Positions 54,103-63,470 of a DNA stretch of 64,000 nt are shown piece by piece. The DNA is taken from positions 563,946-627,945 of the forward strand of contig CAZKJL010000001.1 in NCBI GenBank assembly GCA_964553135.1. The letters are read 5' to 3'. The translations under genes were made by a program, and so were the position numbers. Each line of letters starts with the position of its first letter. The stretch's first letter is position 1. A model generated the notes under the pieces. That model ran no database searches and was not told where the DNA came from. It saw only the letters and a list, made by a program, of their open reading frames with translations. This stretch comes from an uncultured Candidatus Peribacteria bacterium. Its GTDB lineage: Bacteria > Patescibacteriota > Gracilibacteria > Peribacterales > Peribacteraceae.

Positions 54103-55323
54103 CTACGACCTCACCCTCACCCGTGCCCGGAACATTCCCATGGAGCACATGAATTCGAAGTCCTTCGTCGGCGTCACGGGTCCGATCCAGTTGGGGCCCT
54201 GATTGACGGGTTGCAGAACGTTGAACGCCGGTATGGCCATTTGCGACAAGCAGCCCGAAAGCTGCGACGGGGCGGTGGCGTAGATCCACGTGGGCATGCC
54301 GCCCTGCACCGTGAAGGTGGGTTCGTTGTATCCCTCGTTCTGCACGGTCACGGAAATGATTTGCTGACCGTTCTTATCGATGGTGACGTTGGGGTCCGCG
54401 GCTTCGCTCGCAGAACAGCAGGGGATGAGCGAGTGGATGCTGATGCCGGTGAGCGCGAAGCCCGTCCGTACGTTCATGACGCCCAGGAAAATCGACATTG
54501 TTCCCGCGAAGACCAGAAAGAATTTTCCGACTTTTCCTTCCGTGAACGAACCCACGGCGCTGATGCCGAGGAGCGACGGGAGCGTGCCGAGTGCGAACAC
54601 GAGCATGATGACCGCTCCACCCGTGAATGAGCCCGATCCGAGTGCCAAAAGCTGCATCGACTGGGTGAATCCGCACGGCACGAAGTACGTCACGGCGCCC
54701 AGGGCCGATGCCGCGAACACGTTGTCCGATTCACCGAGCGCGCGGATCCGCTTCATCATTCCTTGCGGCAGCGGCACGCGGCAGTATTTTTTCGGGAGAA
54801 TGTGCAGGATGTTGAGACCGAGCACGATCATGACCAGCGCGATGAGCATCTGCAGGACGCCCGTTGCGCGAACGGAGGGCAGGAGCACGTGGCCGAGGAG
54901 GCCCGTGAGTCCGCCGAACACGAAGTACCCCGCGACACGGCCCAGGTTGAAGTTCAGCAGAGGCACGAATTTTTCCCAATGCGATGCCTTCGGGTGCGAC
55001 TCCACCCATTTGGCAGACACCGAGAGCAGGAGTCCGCCGACGAGCGCCAGACAGCTGCTGGCCGAGGCCGTAAGTCCGATGACGAAAATGGCGCCCATGC
55101 CCGCGGCATGTTCCGTGTTCTGAGCGAAGGAAATGAGATCGAGCGAGCTCGCCAATTTGTAGACCGCGGTGATGAGCACGAGCATGCCGCCCGCCTTGAG
55201 AAGATTCGACGAATACGATTCGTTCGTGGAACACGATGCACAAGCGTTTTGCGTGACGGAGCGGCGGACCTTTGTCTTCTTACTCGGCATGGATTTCAGT
55301 ATACCGCTCCGTATCATCGCCAC
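54103..55323 (-). CDS. TauE/SafE or DsbD_2-like membrane protein fused to a C-terminal cupredoxin-like domain
   Basis: About 6-7 TM helices followed by ISVTVQNEGYNEPTFTVQ...FEFMCSMGMFRARV, a beta-sandwich pattern. The start could be at 55290. Confidence 0.55.
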   Translation of the reverse strand: MAMIRSGILKSMPSKKTKVRRSVTQNACASCSTNESYSSNLLKAGGMLVLITAVYKLASSLDLISFAQNTEHAAGMGAIFVIGLTASASSCLALVGGLLLSVSAKWVESHPKASHWEKFVPLLNFNLGRVAGYFVFGGLTGLLGHVLLPSVRATGVLQMLIALVMIVLGLNILHILPKKYCRVPLPQGMMKRIRALGESDNVFAASALGAVTYFVPCGFTQSMQLLALGSGSFTGGAVIMLVFALGTLPSLLGISAVGSFTEGKVGKFFLVFAGTMSIFLGVMNVRTGFALTGISIHSLIPCCSASEAADPNVTIDKNGQQIISVTVQNEGYNEPTFTVQGGMPTWIYATAPSQLSGCLSQMAIPAFNVLQPVNQGPNWIGPVTPTKDFEFMCSMGMFRARVRVRS

Positions 55324-55361
55324 AAACTTTGTCGCTGAGTTCTTTGTGATACTGTGTGCTC

Positions 55362-56894
55362 ATGAAAAGGAACGTGCCCGTCACGATGGCCACGCAACAC
55401 CCCGACAACGCCACGACACCGTGGTGGCACGACAAGCCGTTCGTGGCAACGCAGGATGAGCTGGAGGAGCTCATGCTCCTCTTCAAGGAACTTCCCATCG
55501 ACGAATACATGTGGGACTGGGAAGGAAAATACGTCGATGAATCCGTCGGTGAGAAATTGTTCTCGCGCGGAGCGGATTTCTTCGCCAAGAAAGTGCTCGG
55601 TCGCGACGTGCACCTGACGTACCGCATCCCGGCATTCGACGGAGAAAAAATGCACCGTATGGCCCGCGCTCTCATGAACGTTCTGGCGCTTGCCGACTTG
55701 GGGAAGGATATCGGGCTCAAAAGTCCGCCCGTCACCGAAATGTTTCTGCCTCTCACGACGTCCGCATCGCAGCCCGCCAAGGTTCGTGCCGCGTTTCGCG
55801 ACATCGCCGGTTACCACCGCGCCGTGTTCCACAAAGGAAAGAAGAAGGACGAAGAATTGCTCTCGCTCTTCGATGTCACGCCGCTCGTCGAGGACGTGGG
55901 TTCGCTCCTCTCCATCGAAAAGATCATCAAACCGTACTGGACCGGCCTTCTGAAAGAATGCCCCGAGGCGAAGCAGCGTGGGCAGCGCCTGTTCATGGCC
56001 AGGTCCGACCCCGCCATGAACGCAGGTCTCGTCCCCGCCGTTCTCGCCGTCAAAGTGGCGCTCAGTACCGCCAAGGCCGTGGGCCGCGAGCTCGGCATGC
56101 AGGTATACCCCGTCCTCGGCACGGGTTCGCTCCCGTTCCGCGGCAGCGTGAATCCGTCGTACGTCGATACGTTCCTCACGCAGTACGCGGGCGTGCGTAC
56201 GTACTCCATTCAGTCGGCGTTCCGCTACGACTATCCCAAGGACGAGGTGCGCAAGGCGCTCATCAAGATCAAAAAAGAAGTGCCGCTCCGCAGGACCGTG
56301 AGCGTGAGCGAGTCCGATACGGTCAAGATCAAGAACGTGTGCACTCTCTTCACGCAGATTTGGCAGCCGACGGTCGAAGCCATCGCTCCGCTCATCAATG
56401 AGGTGGCCGCTTACATTCCGCCGCGTCGCGAACGCATGCAGCACATCGGACTCTTCGGTTACAGCCGCGGCGTCGGGAAGGTTCGCCTGCCGCGCGCCAT
56501 CGGTTTTACCGCTGCGCTCTATTCCGTCGGCATTCCGCCCGAACTCATCGCCACGGGCCGTGGGCTTGTGGCTGCCGGAAAAGCGGGTCTCCTCGATACC
56601 GTCGAGGAGTTCTACCCCGCGATGCGCGAAGACCTCAAGCATGCCGGAAAATATTTGAACCGCGAGAATCTTGCGATGCTCGCCAAGAAGAAGTCGGTGT
56701 TCAAAGACATTCAAACGGACATCGATGCCATCGAAAAAATTCTGGAGATCGAGCTCGTGCCCACGAAGCCGCATCACCTCGTGCATCGCAACATTACGTC
56801 CTCCATCTACCAGCGTTTGCAGGGCGGTGCCTCCAAGGAATCCATCCAGCGCGACATCGTGGAGGCTGCCACGATCCGAAGAAGCCTCGGGTGA
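55362..56894 (+). CDS. ppcA: Archaeal-type phosphoenolpyruvate carboxylase (PepcA family)
   Basis: About 510 aa. N-terminal VPVTMATQHPDN, RSDPAMNAG, and GTGSLPFRG, characteristic of the short archaeal-type PEPC. Confidence 0.8.
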   Translation: MKRNVPVTMATQHPDNATTPWWHDKPFVATQDELEELMLLFKELPIDEYMWDWEGKYVDESVGEKLFSRGADFFAKKVLGRDVHLTYRIPAFDGEKMHRMARALMNVLALADLGKDIGLKSPPVTEMFLPLTTSASQPAKVRAAFRDIAGYHRAVFHKGKKKDEELLSLFDVTPLVEDVGSLLSIEKIIKPYWTGLLKECPEAKQRGQRLFMARSDPAMNAGLVPAVLAVKVALSTAKAVGRELGMQVYPVLGTGSLPFRGSVNPSYVDTFLTQYAGVRTYSIQSAFRYDYPKDEVRKALIKIKKEVPLRRTVSVSESDTVKIKNVCTLFTQIWQPTVEAIAPLINEVAAYIPPRRERMQHIGLFGYSRGVGKVRLPRAIGFTAALYSVGIPPELIATGRGLVAAGKAGLLDTVEEFYPAMREDLKHAGKYLNRENLAMLAKKKSVFKDIQTDIDAIEKILEIELVPTKPHHLVHRNITSSIYQRLQGGASKESIQRDIVEAATIRRSLG

Positions 56895-56913
56895 CCTGTG
56901 GTATCATTCGGGT

Positions 56914-57471
56914 ATGACGAAAGCTTCCGATCCAACGAAATCGTCGGGCTCTTCCGCGGGAGACCACGACGATCTGGCCGCAAAGGTGAAGGCCGCGCAG
57001 GCCGCTGACTCCGACACCGCGGCACTGCTCAAGAAAATCGATGAGCTCTCACAGCAGCTCAAGCAGGCCACCGAAACGGCCGCTCGTGCGCAGGCCGATT
57101 TGCAGAACGCCAAGATCCGCATGGAACGCGAGGCGGGGGATCTGCGTAAGTTCGCCTCCGAAGCGGTGCTCCTCAAGCTCCTTCCGACCATCGACAACTT
57201 GCAGCGGGCTCTCAAGTCACTGCCCAAAGATCTCGCTGAGCATCCGTGGGTGAAGGGCATCGTGGCGCTGGAGCAGAGCTTCATCAAGCAGGCCGCCGAT
57301 ATGGGCTTGAAGAGTTTTGAGTCCGTCGGTCAGCCGCTGGATGCAGAACGCCACGAGGTGTTGATGCAGGGACCGGGCAAGGCCGGCACGGTCACGGACG
57401 TCATCGAAGACGGGTACGAACTGCACGGCAAAGTCGTTCGCCCAGCGAAAGTGAAAGTCGGGGGCGGTTAG
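56914..57471 (+). CDS. grpE: Nucleotide exchange factor GrpE
   Basis: Coiled-coil N-terminus. DLRKFASEAVLLKLLPTIDNLQRA and C-terminal beta domain HEV...GYELHGKVVRPAKVKV. Confidence 0.85.
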   Translation: MTKASDPTKSSGSSAGDHDDLAAKVKAAQAADSDTAALLKKIDELSQQLKQATETAARAQADLQNAKIRMEREAGDLRKFASEAVLLKLLPTIDNLQRALKSLPKDLAEHPWVKGIVALEQSFIKQAADMGLKSFESVGQPLDAERHEVLMQGPGKAGTVTDVIEDGYELHGKVVRPAKVKVGGG

Positions 57472-58031
57472 CCCGCGATCAGCTTGGATCCGGCGATGAA
57501 GACCAGAATCCCGAGCATGTTCATGAAGAAGCTCAAGACCGCGAACGCACGTTCGTTGATGTTCGTCATGGAACTCACCAAGATCACGCCGAATTCATCG
57601 GGCAGAGGAGAAGCGATGACGAGACCGGCGAAGCACCATACGAGATATTCGCGCACTTTCTCGGGCACGCTCTCGTGATGCAATTTGCGGTGTGCCCACG
57701 TCACGATGCGCGTGGTGCGGAGCTTGTGGATTTCTTCGTGGAAGAATTCGAAGCGCATCACGTGAAAAATCAGGAGGTCGGCGAGGAGTGCTCCGAATGC
57801 ACCCACGGCTGCGCCGAGCCACGGATTCAGGGAGTGGCCGATTTCCAAAAAGATGCCGATGCCGAACGGCGCCGTGAATCCGAACGTGAAGAGGAGTCCT
57901 CCGATGAACGCCGCCATATACTCGCTCGCTCCTTGCGTTCCGTGGAGCCAGTGCAGTCCGCCCATCATGTAGAGGCCGTACGCCAAACACGTCGTGAACA
58001 GGAGGAGCAGCAGCCGAGGGTATTCTTTCAT
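57468..58031 (-). CDS. Integral membrane protein (hypothetical)
   Basis: 5-6 TM helices. 4-nt overlap with the grpE stop (convergent). Confidence 0.45.
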   Translation of the reverse strand: MKEYPRLLLLLFTTCLAYGLYMMGGLHWLHGTQGASEYMAAFIGGLLFTFGFTAPFGIGIFLEIGHSLNPWLGAAVGAFGALLADLLIFHVMRFEFFHEEIHKLRTTRIVTWAHRKLHHESVPEKVREYLVWCFAGLVIASPLPDEFGVILVSSMTNINERAFAVLSFFMNMLGILVFIAGSKLIAG

Positions 58032-58072
58032 GATACGCATCAGACTATTATAACAAATTTTAGCCGATGCGT

Positions 58073-59362
58073 CTACTGTTTGATGGCTTGTGCAAACTGT
58101 TCCCCACGATCCTCGAAGTTCTTAAAATGCCCGTAACTCGGCGAAGCGGGGGAGAGGAGGATGATGGAGTGCAAAGTGGAAAGTGAAGAGTGAAAAGTTT
58201 TTGCAGTTTTTACGGCGTCGTGCATTGTCTTTGCATCAAAGAACGTCACCGTGGCGCCGGCTTTTTCGATGGCCTTCTTGATCGTTGCTCCGCTGTCGGG
58301 GAGCAGGATCACCGTCTTTACGTTCGAATTCTTGATGCGCTTCGCGAGCGGCGTGAAGTCGTAGCCGCGGTCTTGCCCGCCGAGGATCATGGTCTGCACG
58401 GCGTCACCCAGGGCATCGAGTGCCGCGACGGCCGACTCTGGCGTGGTGGAGATGGAGTCGTTGATCCACTCCGTGCCGTCTTTTTTGGCGACGGACTCCA
58501 GGCGGTGCGGGAGTCCTTTGAACGCTTTGATCGCGGCGATGGCCACGTCTTTGTCGACCCCGAAATAGCGCGCCACCTTGAGTGCTGCGGCGATGTTGCC
58601 GAGGTTGTGTGCTCCCTTCAAATGGATCTCACTCAGCTTCACGGGAGAGTCTTCGTGCGAGAAGTGTGTTTTGACTCCGATGCTCTCATCGGCGATCTGC
58701 TTCGCTTCGGGAGAAGCGCTGTGGAAAATGACGACGTCACCGGCTTTCTGGAATCGTGCGATGCGCTTCTTGGCGCCCAAATATTCTGCGAGTGAACCGT
58801 GATAATCCAGGTGCTCCGGAAAGAACGATGTCACGACCGCGATGTGCGGACTCGATGTCAGTTCCATGAGTTGGTAACTACTCAATTCATGAACAAAAAT
58901 TGTATTCGAATCGGCATCCGCGATGTGGGCGATCGCCGGTTCTCCGATGTTCCCGACGAGGAAGACTTTTCGTCCGTCTCTCTTCAGAATCTCGTAGATC
59001 AATGAGGACGTCGTACTCTTTCCTTTGGATCCCGTGACACCCACGACGGTGGCTCCGGTCTTGGCGATCGTGTCCAAGAAAATCTGCGTCGAAGACGTGG
59101 AAAGCGGAAGGTGGAAAGAGGAAAGTTCCTTCGGGGGGATGCCGGGGGATTTGATCACCGCGTCGAATCGGTTCAAGTCCTCCGTCCAAGAATCGCCGAG
59201 TTGCGATGCGTATGTCTTCGGTACGTCAATCGTCGGACTCTTGTCGGCGATGGTGACGGATGCATCGGGCGCGAACCGTTCCAGTGCGGCGGCCATCGCA
59301 CGTCCTTCGCGGCCGAAGCCCAGAATGCAGATCTTTTTGCCGTTAAGGTCCTGAATGCGCAT
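58073..59362 (-). CDS. murD: UDP-N-acetylmuramoylalanine--glutamate ligase (MurD)
   Basis: ICILGFGREG Rossmann N-terminus, P-loop GVTGSKGKSTT, LLSPASPSYGHFKNFEDRG C-terminus. The start ATG overlaps the upstream stop (TAATG). Confidence 0.85.
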   Translation of the reverse strand: MRIQDLNGKKICILGFGREGRAMAAALERFAPDASVTIADKSPTIDVPKTYASQLGDSWTEDLNRFDAVIKSPGIPPKELSSFHLPLSTSSTQIFLDTIAKTGATVVGVTGSKGKSTTSSLIYEILKRDGRKVFLVGNIGEPAIAHIADADSNTIFVHELSSYQLMELTSSPHIAVVTSFFPEHLDYHGSLAEYLGAKKRIARFQKAGDVVIFHSASPEAKQIADESIGVKTHFSHEDSPVKLSEIHLKGAHNLGNIAAALKVARYFGVDKDVAIAAIKAFKGLPHRLESVAKKDGTEWINDSISTTPESAVAALDALGDAVQTMILGGQDRGYDFTPLAKRIKNSNVKTVILLPDSGATIKKAIEKAGATVTFFDAKTMHDAVKTAKTFHSSLSTLHSIILLSPASPSYGHFKNFEDRGEQFAQAIKQ

Positions 59363-60732
59363 TACGCCTGGAGGATAAACGGTTGGAGGAATTCGGGAAT
59401 GAAGTGCTCGCCCGCCGGTTTCAGCGTCGTTTCGATGAGTGCGTCGCCGTCCGTGATGCGGGGAAGGACGTCGTTGACGAACATCTTCATGGCTAAGCTC
59501 CCCTTGAGCTCGCCGCGTTTGTGCGCGAGCAGGAATGCAGCTTTCGTTTCGTCCGGCGTACCCACGCATTCGAACGGCTTGAATTTTTCGAGACCCAGCA
59601 GCTCGCGATACAGCGGGAGCAGCGCTTCGCTGTCGTAGAAGTTGCCGCCGAACATTGTGAGCAGGTCTTCTTTGGGCAGGAATGCGGCCATGCACGAGAA
59701 CACGAAGGCGCACTTGGGACACTCCCCGCACCAGCGGACGTCGCTGCGCTCTTCTTCCAGGATCTTCCAGTTCTTGTTGCAGCTCGTGGCCCGCTCGAAG
59801 TACTGCGGATACCGGGTGAAGATTTCGGCGATCTTGAGTTCCGAGAGGGGACGAAGCGCGCTGAAGTAGTCGACCTCGGTGCGAATGGTGTCCTTGAGGT
59901 AGCGGCGCAACATGCGCTCGAACTCCACGGACTTGCTCCACTGGTGGTTGATGACGGCGCCCTTGTACTCCACGTTGCCTTCGTTGGCGCTCCGTTCATT
60001 GCTCATGGCGACGGCATCGAAGTCGTAGAGCAGGGCCATGAGGCACGAGAGAATCGAGAGATATGCCGTGATGGGCACGTGGCCGTTCAGTGCTCCTTCT
60101 TTGTTGAGGTCGAACAAGTTCCCGGAGAGCATGCGCCGTACGGTGATCATGGGCATGCCCGATGCATGCGAAAGCTCATCGATGATGGGATGCGGTTCCA
60201 TGCGCACAAGCGTGACGTTGGCGCCGGACGTGCGCAGCAGTTCCACGGTGGCCATGGAGTCTTTGCCGCCGCCGATGGGGACCAGAATGCGCGGAGTCGT
60301 CGATTTCTTCGCCGAACGCAGCGTCATGGCCGGCAGCTTCTCGGGGTTCGGCGGCTCTTTGTTCTTCACGACGGGGAACTTCACGATGCCGCGGAAGTCG
60401 ATGTTGTTTTGGTAGAAGAATTCCCCGAGACCCTTCTCGTACACCGTGTTCCAGAATTTCGTCTCGGCCAAATTGAGCGGGCCCGAATCCACTTTGATGC
60501 TGCGCGGCAAGCACGTTTTAAAGTAGCTGATGCCCCCGATGATGTGCAGCGCGAAGAGCAGGCGTTCGATCTGCCAGTAGTGCTTGTTGAGCGTTTCATC
60601 GCTGACGCCCTCGGGCAGCAGGATCGTTTCCTCGAAATACTCGTCATCGTCCAACATGTAGCGGAGCGAGATTTTGCCGGCGTGGTGGTTCCACGAGTAA
60701 CTGGAGAACCGAAAGGTGGAATACGATTTCAT
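59362..60732 (-). CDS. MurL-like protein (putative UDP-MurNAc-L-Ala-L-Glu epimerase; PP-loop-like fold)
   Basis: About 456 aa. PIGGGKDS PP-loop-like motif. NERSANEGN, WCGECPKCAFVF, FECVGTPDE. Translationally coupled to murD. Confidence 0.5.
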   Translation of the reverse strand: MKSYSTFRFSSYSWNHHAGKISLRYMLDDDEYFEETILLPEGVSDETLNKHYWQIERLLFALHIIGGISYFKTCLPRSIKVDSGPLNLAETKFWNTVYEKGLGEFFYQNNIDFRGIVKFPVVKNKEPPNPEKLPAMTLRSAKKSTTPRILVPIGGGKDSMATVELLRTSGANVTLVRMEPHPIIDELSHASGMPMITVRRMLSGNLFDLNKEGALNGHVPITAYLSILSCLMALLYDFDAVAMSNERSANEGNVEYKGAVINHQWSKSVEFERMLRRYLKDTIRTEVDYFSALRPLSELKIAEIFTRYPQYFERATSCNKNWKILEEERSDVRWCGECPKCAFVFSCMAAFLPKEDLLTMFGGNFYDSEALLPLYRELLGLEKFKPFECVGTPDETKAAFLLAHKRGELKGSLAMKMFVNDVLPRITDGDALIETTLKPAGEHFIPEFLQPFILQA

Positions 60733-60774
60733 GAGTGCTCATCATACCGCATTTTTGCTCTGCGCATGGCCTTT

Positions 60775-61440
60775 TTAAGCCGTTTTCCGGAGCCATATGC
60801 AGTTGCCATCGCAATGCAGAACGTCGAGCTTTTTCTCACGCACGTACTCGCGTGCACGTTCCTCCGATCCGTCATCGAAGAGTTCATCCCGGAGCGTCAC
60901 GATGAGCACTCCGTCGTCATCAAGCAGCGCGATCATTTCATTCATGATGTTGTCGCACAGAGTGGCGTCATACTCGAACGGACTCTTCGGTGCGTTGAAG
61001 ATGTTGAAGCACGCGACGATGTCGTACGGCCGTTCGAGCGACGTTGCCCAATCTCGTTTCGTGAGATCCAGCACGCGGTGGTCGTACTTCGCCTTCGGAT
61101 TCGGGCGAATATCGATGCCCGTGACCTCCGCACCGAGTGTGGCCAGCATTTCGGCAAAGAACGGGGGATAGCGGTCGCGGAAGGCGTTCCCAAGCACGTA
61201 CGGTTCGGTGGATCCGCAACCGACGTCGAGCACACGGAGGCCCTTCACCTTCGGTCCCAGTGCGGCAACGGCGTGCACCTCGCGCATGTCGGCGATATCG
61301 AAGTCGACTTCCCCCCACATGGCATCGACCGTCGAGAAGAACAGTTCTTGTGCCCCGAGAAACTTGGGTTCACGGAAAAGTCCCGCGGGATCCGTGCGTT
61401 CTTTCATACGCCGCAGGTAATCGAGATCGATGGATATCAT
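60775..61440 (-). CDS. Class I SAM-dependent methyltransferase
   Basis: VLDVGCGS motif I. Start at MISIDL, because the longer ORF runs through the tRNA-Leu gene. Confidence 0.7.
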   Translation of the reverse strand: MISIDLDYLRRMKERTDPAGLFREPKFLGAQELFFSTVDAMWGEVDFDIADMREVHAVAALGPKVKGLRVLDVGCGSTEPYVLGNAFRDRYPPFFAEMLATLGAEVTGIDIRPNPKAKYDHRVLDLTKRDWATSLERPYDIVACFNIFNAPKSPFEYDATLCDNIMNEMIALLDDDGVLIVTLRDELFDDGSEERAREYVREKKLDVLHCDGNCIWLRKTA

Positions 61441-61442
61441 GA

Positions 61443-61527
61443 TGGTGCCGAAGGAGGGAATCGAACCCTCACACCTTGCGGTACACGATTTTGAGTCGTG
61501 CGCGTCTACCAATTCCGCCACTTCGGC
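61443..61527 (-). tRNA. tRNA-Leu (anticodon CAA), long variable arm, CCA encoded
   Basis: The reverse complement gives GCCGAAG...; anticodon stem CACGA/TCGTG with loop CTCAAAA; extra arm; T arm GAGGG-TTCGATT-CCCTC; ACCA. Confidence 0.9.
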
Positions 61528-61588
61528 AAAGAGCACGCCAAGCGTACAGCGTTTTACGCTCGGCTTCCATGCCGTCGTGACGTCTTGC

Positions 61589-61774
61589 TCAGGCCAACTT
61601 GCTCAGATCCGAGTTAGCGCGCGAGCGCTGTGCTTGGAGTGCCGCGATATCGCGATCCAGCTGCGCAACTTCGCTGCGAAGCAGATCTTTCTGCTTTCGA
61701 ATGAGTTCTTCCGTACGCCGCTTCTGTTCATCGGCCTGTTTCATCTGCTGCGCCAGGTCTTGTGAGGTTGTCAT
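61589..61774 (-). CDS. Small coiled-coil protein (hypothetical)
   Basis: 61-aa charged helical ORF starting MTTSQDLAQQ. Confidence 0.35.
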   Translation of the reverse strand: MTTSQDLAQQMKQADEQKRRTEELIRKQKDLLRSEVAQLDRDIAALQAQRSRANSDLSKLA

Positions 61775-61908
61775 AATGAAAAAAGGGAAGTGATATCTCA
61801 AGATGAGACGTGCCATGCGTATCTTTCCTTACCGTTTTCGAACCATTTTGCGTACGCGTCCATCATAAAAGCATCGGTTCGTCCGTCTCCGTAGTACCAT
61901 TTGTCTCC

Positions 61909-62157
61909 ATGAAGCTCTGGTTCCGCGCCAAAAATTACGGCTGGGGATGGTACCCGTCCTCGTGGCAGGGCTGGGTCATCCTGCTCCTCTACATCCTGCT
62001 CATGGGTGTCACGGGGCTCGGCATCGACGGCGCATCGCATTCCGTCAGTGACACGCTCATGATCGTGGTCCCGCTGTGGGTGCTCTATACGTGCATGCTC
62101 CTCCTCATCTGCATCGCCACGGGCGAAAAGCCGCGGTGGCGTTGGGGCAAGGATTAG
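61909..62157 (+). CDS. Small membrane protein (hypothetical)
   Basis: MKLWFRAKNYGWGWYP motif followed by two TM helices. Confidence 0.45.
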   Translation: MKLWFRAKNYGWGWYPSSWQGWVILLLYILLMGVTGLGIDGASHSVSDTLMIVVPLWVLYTCMLLLICIATGEKPRWRWGKD

Positions 62158-63365
62158 GCCTTTTGACCTTCCGTCGTCGTGATCGGCATGGAGCCCGGAG
62201 GAATCATCTCGGCGGTTTCGTGGATGGTGCCTGTGAGACCGGGTACGAGGTCCATTTCTGCTCGCGTCAGTCTGATGCGATCGGCCGCAGCTTTCGGGAC
62301 GAGGCGCATGCTCATGGTTTCCGCGTCGTACATGTCTTCGGTCACGAAGCGTCCGCCTGCGACTTCCGAAAGCGGCACGTCGACGATCTGTCCGCCGCGG
62401 TACGACACCATGCGTCCGTAGAGATCGTTGCTCGCCAGAAGCCCTGCGTACGCACCGAGTCTGGAGGCGAATACGGCGTCGTGAGCCACGGGTGCGCCGT
62501 TGCGCGCGTGGTAACCCACGACTTGCGTCTGGGTGCCGAGGCCCGTTGCATTCTTGATCATGAGCGACAGTCTGTCGCCCGCACCCTTGAGCTTGGGGTG
62601 TCCGAATGAGTCCACTTCGGCGTCGTCATCGGGCGGAAAGTATCCTTCGGAGACGGCGATGACCGCGTTGCGCACCGGCCTGCCGTTGCTGTCACGTTCG
62701 TTGTACACCTCGTTGATTCTTCGCATCAGCACTTGTTCGTCGATGGGGAACTCGGGAATGAGCACGATGTCCGCTCCGCCGGCTTCGCCTCCGTGCAGCG
62801 TGATCCATCCTGCGTTCCGTCCCATCACTTCCACCACGGCAACGCGACTCATGGACTGTGCGTCCACGCGCATATCGCGCATCTGTTCCGCAGCGCGGTT
62901 CACCGCTGACTCGAAACCGAACGTCCGGTCCGTTCCCATGACATCGTTATCCACGGTCTTGGGTACGCCGATCGCGCGCACGACGCCGTGCTCCTGCAGT
63001 TCGCGGGCTTGCCCCAGCGTGTCATCGCCACCGATGGCGATGATGCCCGTGAGTCCGTATGCCTTCACGGTCTCGGCCACTTGGTCGTATTGGTCGTGCT
63101 TGATCTTCGTTCGTGAGCTTCGCAGTGTGGTTCCTCCTTGGCTCAAGAGGTCATGCAGCTCTCGGCGCGTGAGGTCGGAAAGTCTGATGACATCTTCCCG
63201 GGGCTTCAGGAGCCCCTTCCATCCTTCCGGAATGCCGATGGCTTCGTGACCGTCAGCCTTCAGCTGACGTGCGGCCGTGGAAAGAACGGCGTTGAGGCCG
63301 GGAGCGATGCCGCCGCCGGTGAAAATACCGACGCGCTGCTTGGGAAGTGTGGAGGGGGTGTTCAT
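62154..63365 (-). CDS. pfp: 6-phosphofructokinase, PPi-dependent-type signature
   Basis: GIFTGGGIAPGLN, IGGDDTLG (Asp at the position that distinguishes PPi-type enzymes) and PKTVDNDV (Lys). Confidence 0.8.
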   Translation of the reverse strand: MNTPSTLPKQRVGIFTGGGIAPGLNAVLSTAARQLKADGHEAIGIPEGWKGLLKPREDVIRLSDLTRRELHDLLSQGGTTLRSSRTKIKHDQYDQVAETVKAYGLTGIIAIGGDDTLGQARELQEHGVVRAIGVPKTVDNDVMGTDRTFGFESAVNRAAEQMRDMRVDAQSMSRVAVVEVMGRNAGWITLHGGEAGGADIVLIPEFPIDEQVLMRRINEVYNERDSNGRPVRNAVIAVSEGYFPPDDDAEVDSFGHPKLKGAGDRLSLMIKNATGLGTQTQVVGYHARNGAPVAHDAVFASRLGAYAGLLASNDLYGRMVSYRGGQIVDVPLSEVAGGRFVTEDMYDAETMSMRLVPKAAADRIRLTRAEMDLVPGLTGTIHETAEMIPPGSMPITTTEGQKA

Positions 63366-63470
63366 AGGAGGCGCACTATTTCATGTGTCGGTTTGTGTCG
63401 CAAGTTTTGATGCGGGCAGTGGTTCGTTTCGCTCATTTGCTTGCTCCAAAGAGGCGGGTACGATTGCACC

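Noticed and set aside
58157-58195. GGAGTGCAAAGTGGAAAGTGAAGAGTGAAAAG inside the murD 3' region, and the similar GTGGAAAG-rich strings at 25561-25585 and 59090-59125, considered as members of the 9-bp repeat family inserted in-frame into genes.
   Set aside because: Only one unit matches the TCYTTGYAN consensus. The encoded MurD segment aligns to the normal variable loop before LLSPA with only about 4 extra residues, so insertion is not supported.
63366-63470. Possible cobalamin riboswitch upstream of the BtuF-like gene.
   Set aside because: Only about 105 nt are available. The B12-box-like string (CCACTGC) is on the wrong strand, and no other conserved riboswitch elements are seen.
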